Part shown: positions 38,908 to 50,000 of the stretch, piece after piece | How the letters are laid out: each line of letters opens with the position of its first letter | Position numbering within the stretch: position 1 is the first letter of the stretch | From: Eledone cirrhosa | Taxonomy: Eukaryota | DNA: 64,000 nt | NCBI GenBank assembly: GCA_964016885.1 | Contig: OZ024742.1 | Span: 26,722,001 to 26,786,000 of the forward strand | Reading direction: 5' to 3' | Program-made: the position numbers and the translations under genes | Notes under the pieces: generated by a model | Told to the model about the DNA's origin: nothing | The model's database searches: none | What the model saw: only the letters and a program-made list of their open reading frames with translations

Positions 38908-41007
38908 ATGGCTACCAAAAAAAAAAAATTTCATACGTCACTCCCACTCATTCCGTCTTCTTCTTCCTCAATCATCACTACAGGAGAGAGAAGATTGTCT
39001 CTCTCCCTCCCTTCTTTAAATGTGTCTCTCTCCCTACCTTCTCTTTCGCAAGCGACGAAAGAAAAGAAAAGTCTCGTGCAAAGCGTGCAAGGTTTCTCCA
39101 CGACGACGACGACAGCGACGAAACAGGTGTGCGGGAAATACGAAAACCCAGTTCATTCGTCTGACGTCAGGAATAATAGCAGTAGCAGCCGTAATAACAA
39201 CAGCAACAGTGACAATGAAAACAACAGTAGCAGCCGCAACAGCATCACCAGCAGCATAAACAACAACAGCATTAGCAGCAGCAACACCAACAACAACCAC
39301 AGCAACAGCGGCGGAGGCAGTAGTCGTAGTACCTGCAGCAACAACAAAAGTACCAGCAGCTCTGACGACAACAACAACAGCAGAGAAAAACCAATCTCAT
39401 TTGCAGGTATTGCGAAAAACCTGGAAACAATCCTCATAACAAATGAGGAATTAGAGGAAGCGAAGAAGATGGTGACAAAGAACGGACACCGAGCAATCTG
39501 CAAGGCAGCGAAAAATTTTTTCGAAACCCAAGAGCACTGTACGGTCACGTACCGTACAGTAAGTACAAAATCCCGTAGGGTGGAAAGAGCCACAGAGGCC
39601 CAAATACAAAAAGCCTTGGGGTCTGTGTGGCAGAGGAAAACGCACATCACCCGAGGCAAAAAATACGCCACCGTAGACGTACTTTTTGCCACACCCCAGG
39701 AGGCAAAGGCCCAATCAGTAGTGACCCTAAGGAGCGAGGAAATGGTGTTGGTGCCCTCCTACTGCGGGCAAAAAATTGTGAGGGTCAAACTGACCCACGT
39801 CCCCCCCGGAATGACCCCTTCTTGGCTGGCCGCGTCTGTCCTCGTCGGAATCGAGGACAAAACAACTGTACTGCAAGTACAGAAAAAAGTAAGAGAAGAT
39901 TGGGTCGGCTCCTCCATTGAGATGCTAATCCAAACCAACCAGGAGTGCATCGAAGCTATCCCGGATGTGATAGACTTCGATAACGGCACTCAACTGCCCA
40001 TAAGTGTTGAGGGCAAACGCCCGAAATGCTTTCGCTGTGGATCGAAGACTCACCTCAGGGCCTTCTGCAACGAGAAGACCCTGAGAAAGGAGAAAACCCC
40101 CCTCCTCCCGAATCCGGTTCCACGGCTACCAGCAACAGGACAAGCGGCAACCAGGAACGATAGGTCCGTGGCACCCATACCCACTCCACGGAAATCAAAG
40201 ACAGCAGCAGCAGTGGAAATATTAACAACAACAACAGCAATACCAAATGCAGCTGCAACAGAGACTCCAGTGCAAACATCACCAACAACAACAAGTGAAA
40301 GAGTGGAGCTGGTACCCCTCCCCGACCTTACAGAATCAGACATGGAGTGTGAGGTGGGAGAGGGATGGCAAAAGGTCTCAAGAAGGCACAAACGCAGAAG
40401 CAGCGCATCGTCGCCTTTGAAAAGGGAGGAAAGAAATGAGAAAAGGGTAAAGTCTACTGCAAAGAGACCCACAGCAGCAACACCACCAACACCATCACCA
40501 CCCACACCAGCACCACCATCACCACCGGCGACAACCCCACCGCCAACAACACCTTCAACACCACCACCACAAGCACCAACATCGCAAACACAGCAACAAA
40601 ACACACACACCCAGCAACAACGACAAGAAAATAGCAGAACCACACCCCACCCCCAGAAAAACAAATGCACGGCAATAAACACACACAACAAGAAACTAAT
40701 GACTTACATAATTGAACACACAGACATTTCACAACAGGACTACATAATACCAGCACCAATCAAAACGCCAACTAACATAAGACTGCTAAAAATAGCACAG
40801 AAACAATACACAAACATTAAAACGAAATTCCCCAACGCAGTTGGTGATTTCAGGGACCTAGGAGGAACCATTAATCGAAGAGTATATTCAGACATTCTCT
40901 TAGAAGAGCCGACGACCAGCCGAAGGGACGATTCAACGGTCCCTTCACCAGACGATCAAGTGAAAAGGGATGTAAAAACCATCCCTCCTCTACCAAAAAT
41001 ACGGTAA
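38908..41007 (+). CDS. Tx1-like ORF1p (699 aa from the first in-frame ATG) with CCHC zinc knuckle
   Basis: CFRCGSKTHLRAFC (CX2CX4HX4C); S/N- and P/T-rich low-complexity regions; WQKVSRR basic motif. Confidence 0.88.
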   Translation: MATKKKKFHTSLPLIPSSSSSIITTGERRLSLSLPSLNVSLSLPSLSQATKEKKSLVQSVQGFSTTTTTATKQVCGKYENPVHSSDVRNNSSSSRNNNSNSDNENNSSSRNSITSSINNNSISSSNTNNNHSNSGGGSSRSTCSNNKSTSSSDDNNNSREKPISFAGIAKNLETILITNEELEEAKKMVTKNGHRAICKAAKNFFETQEHCTVTYRTVSTKSRRVERATEAQIQKALGSVWQRKTHITRGKKYATVDVLFATPQEAKAQSVVTLRSEEMVLVPSYCGQKIVRVKLTHVPPGMTPSWLAASVLVGIEDKTTVLQVQKKVREDWVGSSIEMLIQTNQECIEAIPDVIDFDNGTQLPISVEGKRPKCFRCGSKTHLRAFCNEKTLRKEKTPLLPNPVPRLPATGQAATRNDRSVAPIPTPRKSKTAAAVEILTTTTAIPNAAATETPVQTSPTTTSERVELVPLPDLTESDMECEVGEGWQKVSRRHKRRSSASSPLKREERNEKRVKSTAKRPTAATPPTPSPPTPAPPSPPATTPPPTTPSTPPPQAPTSQTQQQNTHTQQQRQENSRTTPHPQKNKCTAINTHNKKLMTYIIEHTDISQQDYIIPAPIKTPTNIRLLKIAQKQYTNIKTKFPNAVGDFRDLGGTINRRVYSDILLEEPTTSRRDDSTVPSPDDQVKRDVKTIPPLPKIR

Positions 41008-41042
41008 GTGGTCTTTCCCATCTTTTCCACTCTATTTTAAAC

Positions 41043-44000
41043 ATGACCTCACTCAGAATAGGCAGCATAAATGCGCGTGGCTTGGGGTCGTCATGGAAGC
41101 AGGGTCACCTGCTCAACGACCTCAGGTCACTAAACATAGATGTAGTGGCCATCAGCGAGACCAGAATCTCCGAAGCACGGGCCTTCGCACCGATCTTCGG
41201 CGGCTACGATGTGTACGCATCTCCCAGCCGTCCTGGATCGGGTGGAGGAGTTGCTGTGCTTTTTCGGAGAGGTTTGGATCTCGCCATACGGGCCATCTTC
41301 CTGGACCCAGAGGGTAAGCTGGTGGTGCTGGACGTGACCAGCGGAGACGGGCAAGCTTTCAGGCTAGTGGCCGTCTATGCCCCGACAGGAGCAGGGCGGC
41401 CTGATTTCTTCCGGCGTCTGGAGACCTTTCTTGGAACGTCGCGCTCTTTAGTGTTAGTGGGCGACTGGAACGGGATCTTAGATGCACGCTGGGACTGTGT
41501 GGGATTAGCGGATAGGGGTGGAGGGTGCAAGAGCCTCACCAACCTGCTCAGGCGTTTTGAACTGTCTGACAGGTACCGATTGGATTTCCCGAATGTGCCA
41601 ATGTGGACTTGGACAAACCGCATAGGGTCATCCAGATCATATCTAGATAGAGTATTTTGTAGGGAAATAGATAGGTCTAGCATAGGCTGTCCACAATTCA
41701 AGATAGTCAGCTACACGGACCACAAATTCGTGATCTGTGTGCTTGACTTAGATAGGCTTCATAGACGAGGACCCGGCTACTGGAAGCTAAACGCGTCCTT
41801 ACCAGCGCGCAAGGCCTACAGAGACCGGATTAGCGAACTAGTTAAGCGGGCGTTGACGGGGGCCATCGTCAACAACAAGTGGTGGTTTGCTCTGAAAAGA
41901 GCGATTAGAATAGAATCGATTAGGTTTAGTAAGGCTTTAGCAATAGAGAAAAATAGAGCAGAGGGAGAACTAGTTAGAAAATTAGACGAGGCGCTTAGCA
42001 AAGGCATTGCGACCGACGTGCTTGCGGCGAAATTGGCCCTTGACCAATTCTTCAATGCAAAGCACGAAGGCTGCGTTGTCAGAGCTAGGGTGCGTGCTCT
42101 CAGACACGAGGGGACGAAAGCCGTTCAATGGGCCCGAGTGGCGGAGGCGCGTCGTGGCAACAAAGCCACGATCCGGTCTTTGGTGGACCACGACGGGCGC
42201 ATGCTACTCGATCCCGGGCAAATGTGTGAAGCTTTTCAGCGACACTTCGCTCAGCTGTTCGGGGGCAGCGGGGGGCCGGGTAGAGGGATGGACTTTAGTG
42301 TCTACCTCGACGGACTGCCGCGGCTCTCGGCCACTGAGGCGAAGTGTTGCGAAAAGCCGATAACAGCCGCTGAAGTAAGGGAGGCAATGACTGGCTGCAC
42401 AAGGGGTAAATCGCCTGGTTTGGATGGTCTGCCCTATGAACTTTACGTACAGATGCCAGACTTGTTCGGAGGCCTCTTGGCGGACGTCTACTGCAACTGG
42501 CAACAGAACGGGAGAATTCCCAGTTCTGTGAGCCGAGGAGCGGTGGCACTGCTGAGAAAGGATCCGAACAAGGGGGATAACATAGACAATTTCCGGCCCA
42601 TAACTCTGCTAAACACAGAGTTTAAGATTTTGGCCAAGGTGCTAGCAAAGAGGTTGGCGCTTGTCGTTGGTGGTCTGGTGGGAGAGGCGCAGACATGCGC
42701 CATTCCCGACAGATCCATCCACGACAACCTCCACCTCATGCGATACATCGTAGAGAGGGTAGCTAGGGAACCTGGCACGGGTGGGTCCTTGATCAATTTA
42801 GATCAGTCGAAAGCTTTCGATAGGGTCGACCATCGTTACCTAGCGGCAGTCCTGAGGGCGGCTGGCTTTGGGCCCGTCTTCAGAGGCTGGATCGCTGCCA
42901 TGCACAGCGACATCTGCTCTGTGGTGAGAGTGAACGGTCACCTGTCGGAACCGTTCAACATCATGCGCTCGGTCCGCCAAGGATGTCCCCTCTCGTCCCT
43001 CTTGTACGTATTGACTCTCGAGCCATTACTGCACAAACTGGAGACGTTGAGGGGAGTCCCGCGCGAACTAGGATGCGGAAGATCCGTGTCAGCATATGCG
43101 GACGATGTCACCGTAGTGGTGTCGAACGCCAAACACATCGAGGCGATCGGCACTACACTAAGAGAATACGAAGCGGTGACAGGAGCAATGATCAACCAGG
43201 AAAAGTCAGTGGGCCTGCAGCTCGGCACCTGGAGAGGCAGGTCCATGCCGTCCAACAGCGTCGTCGGGCGCTGGACGGACGGACCGGTTAAATTGCTAGG
43301 GGTCTGGTTCGGTCCGGACCTCCAGACGGACAAAAACTGGGACGAGGTGACGAGCAGGGTGGCTTCTCTCACCCAGAAATGGGCGGAGAGGAAGCTATCC
43401 CTGAAAGGTCGAGCGGAGGTGGCTAACGCGTACATCGCGTCTGTCATCTGCTACCGCCTAACCGTCGTACCTTGTCCTAAGCCTCGCCTGACTGCGCTGG
43501 AGCGTTTGCTCTTTCGCTTTTTGTGGAAGGGACGTGCTCCGATGGTCAGGCGGTCCATCTGTTGTCAACACCCGCTACGTGGAGGGCTGGGCATGCCGTG
43601 GCTGATGATGCGCAGGCACGCGCTCAGGCTACGACATCTCCACCTCTTCCTCGACGGTGATCAGGTGTGGTCGCCGTTTGCTAGACGCGTTTTTCCCCAG
43701 CTCGTTTCCTTGACGGAGCTGCAGTCCTGGGTCAAGCGAAGACCGAGAGGGAGCGCCTGGAGACTGGAATGTCTTCAGGCGCTCACAGCCCTCGACCAAT
43801 CGGGCAATGTGATCGGTGGAAACTCCACCTCGGCGTTCTATAGAGGATTAGTGGAGGGGAAGAGCGACGACGTACTTGGGGAAACTCTAGGCGTCGACGA
43901 AAATCAACTAGCCAATCTCTTCGGAAGAACTTTCGGGCCGGGGCCTATGGACAACTTCCAGAAATCTCTGGCCTGGCAGTGCTACCGAGGAGCCTTGCCA

Positions 44001-44462
44001 GTTCGGGATAAACTCTACAGGCATGGAGGTGCCGTCAGCCGGGCATGTCCGAGATGCGCGCAGGGCGACGAAACCGTCCTGCACGCACTCGTCCAGTGTC
44101 CGAAAATTGCTGACTTGTGGGTTTATGTCGAACACCTGCTGTCGCGTTTAGGACGGATCCAGCTATCATCTGAGTCCATCGTGAGGATTGCCCCGCCCTC
44201 CTCCTTTAGCCGGGAAGGGCAGGCAGTTTTTATCTGTCTGGTGGCCATGGCGAAAGAGATAGTATGGTGGACACGTTTGAAAGGGCTGAAGACGAGCACT
44301 TACCTCTTCGGTGATGCTCTGATTGACTTTTTCAAATTTCATTTGAAAAGGAAAATCAGAGTAGAGAAGGAAGTGCTCTCTTCCCAGCATTTTGTTGAAA
44401 GATGGGTGAGAGAAGCAAGAATGGCCCGAGTGAATGGGCCGACTCTGAGTATATATCTGTAA
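41043..44462 (+). CDS. Tx1-like ORF2p: APE endonuclease, RT and C-terminal Cys/His motif (1139 aa)
   Basis: SINARGL, ISET, VYAP, GDWN, YLDRV, TDH, GYWKLN, KSPGLDGLP, FRPITLLN, DQSKAFDRV, RQGCPLS, YADD, CPRC...H...C. Confidence 0.96.
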   Translation: MTSLRIGSINARGLGSSWKQGHLLNDLRSLNIDVVAISETRISEARAFAPIFGGYDVYASPSRPGSGGGVAVLFRRGLDLAIRAIFLDPEGKLVVLDVTSGDGQAFRLVAVYAPTGAGRPDFFRRLETFLGTSRSLVLVGDWNGILDARWDCVGLADRGGGCKSLTNLLRRFELSDRYRLDFPNVPMWTWTNRIGSSRSYLDRVFCREIDRSSIGCPQFKIVSYTDHKFVICVLDLDRLHRRGPGYWKLNASLPARKAYRDRISELVKRALTGAIVNNKWWFALKRAIRIESIRFSKALAIEKNRAEGELVRKLDEALSKGIATDVLAAKLALDQFFNAKHEGCVVRARVRALRHEGTKAVQWARVAEARRGNKATIRSLVDHDGRMLLDPGQMCEAFQRHFAQLFGGSGGPGRGMDFSVYLDGLPRLSATEAKCCEKPITAAEVREAMTGCTRGKSPGLDGLPYELYVQMPDLFGGLLADVYCNWQQNGRIPSSVSRGAVALLRKDPNKGDNIDNFRPITLLNTEFKILAKVLAKRLALVVGGLVGEAQTCAIPDRSIHDNLHLMRYIVERVAREPGTGGSLINLDQSKAFDRVDHRYLAAVLRAAGFGPVFRGWIAAMHSDICSVVRVNGHLSEPFNIMRSVRQGCPLSSLLYVLTLEPLLHKLETLRGVPRELGCGRSVSAYADDVTVVVSNAKHIEAIGTTLREYEAVTGAMINQEKSVGLQLGTWRGRSMPSNSVVGRWTDGPVKLLGVWFGPDLQTDKNWDEVTSRVASLTQKWAERKLSLKGRAEVANAYIASVICYRLTVVPCPKPRLTALERLLFRFLWKGRAPMVRRSICCQHPLRGGLGMPWLMMRRHALRLRHLHLFLDGDQVWSPFARRVFPQLVSLTELQSWVKRRPRGSAWRLECLQALTALDQSGNVIGGNSTSAFYRGLVEGKSDDVLGETLGVDENQLANLFGRTFGPGPMDNFQKSLAWQCYRGALPVRDKLYRHGGAVSRACPRCAQGDETVLHALVQCPKIADLWVYVEHLLSRLGRIQLSSESIVRIAPPSSFSREGQAVFICLVAMAKEIVWWTRLKGLKTSTYLFGDALIDFFKFHLKRKIRVEKEVLSSQHFVERWVREARMARVNGPTLSIYL

Positions 44463-44962
44463 ACTAAAGGTGGAAAACTGGGAGAGGGCACTTGCCTTGG
44501 TGGTCAGGGTCATTGTGGCTTTTTACTGGGCTTTCTCCACAAATGTCCCTCCGAAGTCTCCCCCCTATTGGGGAATTTTTCATTGTTATTTTCATTGTTA
44601 TTTTTGTTACATCCTCTGTTTTTGTTTTTTTTACACGCAGAAATGCCCATTTGTACCGTCCTGCATTGTCTTGCACTGTCCTTAATGTCTACTTTATGTA
44701 AACCCTTGTGGTTAATAAAGAAATCATTATTATTATTATTATTATTATTGAATGCCATGGTTGACGGAGGCTCGGCTCTGTAAGGTATAGTAATTTTTAA
44801 CCGTTAAAACAATTGTAAATTGTTTAAAACTTGAACCAAATTGTTGATAAAGACACCCTCCTCCTCGTGAGAGGGGTCTTTCTGTCCGTTATTTGGCCCT
44901 TCGGGGTTAAATAGCCAGTTATTGGGGTTTTGTACCCAAAATTTCATTTTAAACAAAAAAAC

Positions 44963-47057
44963 ATGGCTACCAAAAAAAAAAAATTTCATACGTCACTCCC
45001 ACTCATTCCGTCTTCTTCTTCCTCAATCATCACTACAGGAGAGAGAAGATTGTCTCTCTCCCTCCCTTCTTTAAATGTGTCTCTCTCCCTACCTTCTCTT
45101 TCGCAAGCGACGAAAGAAAAGAAAAGTCTCGTGCAAAGCGTGCAAGGTTTCTCCACGACGACGACGACAGCGACGAAACAGGTGTGCGGGAAATACGAAA
45201 ACCCAGTTCATTCGTCTGACGTCAGGAATAATAGCAGTAGCAGCCGTAATAACAACAGCAACAGTGACAATGAAAACAACAGTAGCAGCCGCAACAGCAT
45301 CACCAGCAGCATAAACAACAACAGCATTAGCAGCAGCAACACCAACAACAACCACAGCAACAGCGGCGGAGGCAGTAGTCGTAGTACCTGCAGCAACAAC
45401 AAAAGTACCAGCAGCTCTGACGACAACAACAACAGCAGAGAAAAACCAATCTCATTTGCAGGTATTGCGAAAAACCTGGAAACAATCCTCATAACAAATG
45501 AGGAATTAGAGGAAGCGAAGAAGATGGTGACAAAGAACGGACACCGAGCAATCTGCAAGGCAGCGAAAAATTTTTTCGAAACCCAAGAGCACTGTACGGT
45601 CACGTACCGTACAGTAAGTACAAAATCCCGTAGGGTGGAAAGAGCCACAGAGGCCCAAATACAAAAAGCCTTGGGGTCTGTGTGGCAGAGGAAAACGCAC
45701 ATCACCCGAGGCAAAAAATACGCCACCGTAGACGTACTTTTTGCCACACCCCAGGAGGCAAAGGCCCAATCAGTAGTGACCCTAAGGAGCGAGGAAATGG
45801 TGTTGGTGCCCTCCTACTGCGGGCAAAAAAATTGTGAGGGTCAAACTGACCCACGTCCCCCCCGGAATGACCCCTTCTTGGCTGGCCGCGTCTGTCCTCG
45901 TCGGAATCGAGGACAAAACAACTGTACTGCAAGTACAGAAAAAAGTAAGAGAAGATTGGGTCGGCTCCTCCATTGAGATGCTAATCCAAACCAACCAGGA
46001 GTGCATCGAAGCTATCCCGGATGTGATAGACTTCGATAACGGCACTCAACTGCCCATAAGTGTTGAGGGCAAACGCCCGAAATGCTTTCGCTGTGGATCG
46101 AAGACTCACCTCAGGGCCTTCTGCAACGAGAAGACCCTGAGAAAGGAGAAAACCCCCCTCCTCCCGAATCCGGTTCCACGGCTACCAGCAACAGGACAAG
46201 CGGCAACCAGGAACGATAGGTCCGTGGCACCCATACCCACTCCACGGAAATCAAAGACAGCAGCAGCAGTGGAAATATTAACAACAACAACAGCAATACC
46301 AAATGCAGCTGCAACAGAGACTCCAGTGCAAACATCACCAACAACAACAAGTGAAAGAGTGGAGCTGGTACCCCTCCCCGACCTTACAGAATCAGACATG
46401 GAGTGTGAGGTGGGAGAGGGATGGCAAAAGGTCTCAAGAAGGCACAAACGCAGAAGCAGCGCATCGTCGCCTTTGAAAAGGGAGGAAAGAAATGAGAAAA
46501 GGGTAAAGTCTACTGCAAAGAGACCCACAGCAGCAACACCACCAACACCATCACCACCCACACCAGCACCACCATCACCACCGGCGACAACCCCACCGCC
46601 AACAACACCTTCAACACCACAAGCACCAACATCGCAAACACAACAACAAAACACACACACCCAGCAACAACGACAAGAAAATAGCAGAACCACACCCCAC
46701 CCCCAGAAAAACAAATGCACGGCATTAAACACACACAACAAGAAACTAATGACTTATATAATTGAACACACAGACATTTCACAACAGGACTACATAATAC
46801 CAGCACCAATCAAAACGCCAACTAACATAAGACTGCTAAAAATAGCACAGAAACAATACACAAACATTAAAACGAAATTCCCCAACGCAGTTGGTGATTT
46901 CAGGGACCTAGGAGGAACCATTAATCGAAGAGTATATTCAGACATTCTCTTAGAAGAGCCGACGACCAGCCGAAGGGACGATTCAACGGTCCCTTCACCA
47001 GACGATCAAGTGAAAAGGGATGTAAAAACCATCCCTCCTCTACCAAAAATACGGTAA
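44963..47057 (+). pseudogene. ORF1 of copy 2, +1 frameshift in an A homopolymer
   Basis: A7 at 45825-45831 versus A6 in copy 1 splits the ORF; also a 6-bp in-frame deletion in the Pro tract. Confidence 0.85.
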
Positions 47058-47092
47058 GTGGTCTTTCCCATCTTTTCCACTCTATTTTAAAC

Positions 47093-50000
47093 ATGACCTC
47101 ACTCAGAATAGGCAGCATAAATGCGCGTGGCTTGGGGTCGTCATGGAAGCAGGGTCACCTGCTCAACGACCTCAGGTCACTAAACATAGATGTAGTGGCC
47201 ATCAGCGAGACCAGAATCTCCGAAGCACGGGCCTTCGCACCGATCTTCGGCGGCTACGATGTGTACGCATCTCCCAGCCGTCCTGGATCCGGTGGAGGAG
47301 TTGCTGTGCTTTTTCGGAGAGGTTTGGATCTCGCCATACGGGCCATCTTCCTGGACCCAGAGGGTAAGCTGGTGGTGCTGGACGTGACCAGCGGAGACGG
47401 GCAAGCTTTCAGGCTAGTGGCCGTCTATGCCCCGACAGGAGCAGGGCGGCCTGATTTCTTCCGGCGTCTGGAGACCTTTCTTGGAACGTCGCGCTCTTTA
47501 GTGTTAGTGGGCGACTGGAACGGGATCTTAGATGCACGCTGGGACTGTGTGGGATTAGCGGATAGGGGTGGAGGGTGCAAGAGCCTCACCAACCTGCTCA
47601 GGCGTTTTGAACTGTCTGACAGGTACCGATTGGATTTCCCGAATGTGCCAATGTGGACTTGGACAAACCGCATAGGGTCATCCAGATCATATCTAGATAG
47701 AGTATTTTGTAGGGAAATAGATAGGTCTAGCATAGGCTGTCCACAATTCAAGATAGTCAGCTACACGGACCACAAATTCGTGATCTGTGTGCTTGACTTA
47801 GATAGGCTTCATAGACGAGGACCCGGCTACTGGAAGCTAAACGCGTCCTTACCAGCGCGCAAGGCCTACAGAGACCGGATTAGCGAACTAGTTAAGCGGG
47901 CGTTGACGGGGGCCATCGTCAACAACAAGTGGTGGTTTGCTCTGAAAAGAGCGATTAGAATAGAATCGATTAGGTTTAGTAAGGCTTTAGCAATAGAGAA
48001 AAATAGAGCAGAGGGAGAACTAGTTAGAAAATTAGACGAGGCGCTTAGCAAAGGCATTGCGACCGACGTGCTTGCGGCGAAATTGGCCCTTGACCAATTC
48101 TTCAATGCAAAGCACGAAGGCTGCGTTGTCAGAGCTAGGGTGCGTGCTCTCAGACACGAGGGGACGAAAGCCGTTCAATGGGCCCGAGTGGCGGAGGCGC
48201 GTCGTGGCAACAAAGCCACGATCCGGTCTTTGGTGGACCACGACGGGCGCATGCTACTCGATCCCGGGCAAATGTGTGAAGCTTTTCAGCGACACTTCGC
48301 TCAGCTGTTCGGGGGCAGCGGGGGGCCGGGTAGAGGGATGGACTTTAGTGTCTACCTCGACGGACTGCCGCGGCTCTCGGCCACTGAGGCGAAGTGTTGC
48401 GAAAAGCCGATAACAGCCGCTGAAGTAAGGGAGGCAATGACTGGCTGCACAAGGGGTAAATCGCCTGGTTTGGATGGTCTGCCCTATGAACTTTACGTAC
48501 AGATGCCAGACTTGTTCGGAGGCCTCTTGGCGGACGTCTACTGCAACTGGCAACAGAACGGGAGAATTCCCAGTTCTGTGAGCCGAGGAGCGGTGGCACT
48601 GCTGAGAAAGGATCCGAACAAGGGGGATAACATAGACAATTTCCGGCCCATAACTCTGCTAAACACAGAGTTTAAGATTTTGGCCAAGGTGCTAGCAAAG
48701 AGGTTGGCGCTTGTCGTTGGTGGTCTGGTGGGAGAGGCGCAGACATGCGCCATTCCCGACAGATCCATCCACGACAACCTCCACCTCATGCGATACATCG
48801 TAGAGAGGGTAGCTAGGGAACCTGGCACGGGTGGGTCCTTGATCAATTTAGATCAGTCGAAAGCTTTCGATAGGGTCGACCATCGTTACCTAGCGGCAGT
48901 CCTGAGGGCGGCTGGCTTTGGGCCCGTCTTCAGAGGCTGGATCGCTGCCATGCACAGCGACATCTGCTCTGTGGTGAGAGTGAACGGTCACCTGTCGGAA
49001 CCGTTCAACATCATGCGCTCGGTCCGCCAAGGATGTCCCCTCTCGTCCCTCTTGTACGTATTGACTCTCGAGCCATTACTGCACAAACTGGAGACGTTGA
49101 GGGGAGTCCCGCGCGAACTAGGATGCGGAAGATCCGTGTCAGCATATGCGGACGATGTCACCGTAGTGGTGTCGAACGCCAAACACATCGAGGCGATCGG
49201 CACTACACTAAGAGAATACGAAGCGGTGACAGGAGCAATGATCAACCAGGAAAAGTCAGTGGGCCTGCAGCTCGGCACCTGGAGAGGCAGGTCCATGCCG
49301 TCCAACAGCGTCGTCGGGCGCTGGACGGACGGACCGGTTAAATTGCTAGGGGTCTGGTTCGGTCCGGACCTCCAGACGGACAAAAACTGGGACGAGGTGA
49401 CGAGCAGGGTGGCTTCTCTCACCCAGAAATGGGCGGAGAGGAAGCTATCCCTGAAAGGTCGAGCGGAGGTGGCTAACGCGTACATCGCGTCTGTCATCTG
49501 CTACCGCCTAACCGTCGTACCTTGTCCTAAGCCTCGCCTGACTGCGCTGGAGCGTTTGCTCTTTCGCTTTTTGTGGATGGGACGTGCTCCGATGGTCAGG
49601 CGGTCCATCTGTTGTCAACACCCGCTACGTGGAGGGCTGGGCATGCCGTGGCTGATGATGCGCAGGCACGCACTCAGGCTACGACATCTCCACCTCTTCC
49701 TCGACGGTGATCAGGTGTGGTCGCCGTTTGCTAGACGCGTTTTTCCCCAGCTCGTTTCCTTGACGGAGCTGCAGTCCTGGGTCAAGCGAAGACCGAGAGG
49801 GAGCGCCTGGAGACTGGAATGTCTTCAGGCGCTCACAGCCCTCGGCCAATCGGGCAATGTGATCGGTGGAAACTCCACCTCAGCGTTCTATAGAGGATTA
49901 GTGGAGGGGAAGAGCGACGACGTACTTGGGGAAACTCTAGGCGTCGACGAAAATCAACTAGCCAATCTCTTCGGAAGAACTTTCGGGCCGGGGCCTATGG

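Larger units (their letters stand above)
38695..44725 (+). mobile_element. Full-length Tx1-clade (L1 superfamily) LINE, copy 1
   Basis: 5' UTR, ORF1, ORF2 and a 3' UTR with AATAAA; preceded by (ATT)n and followed by (ATT)8. Confidence 0.93.
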
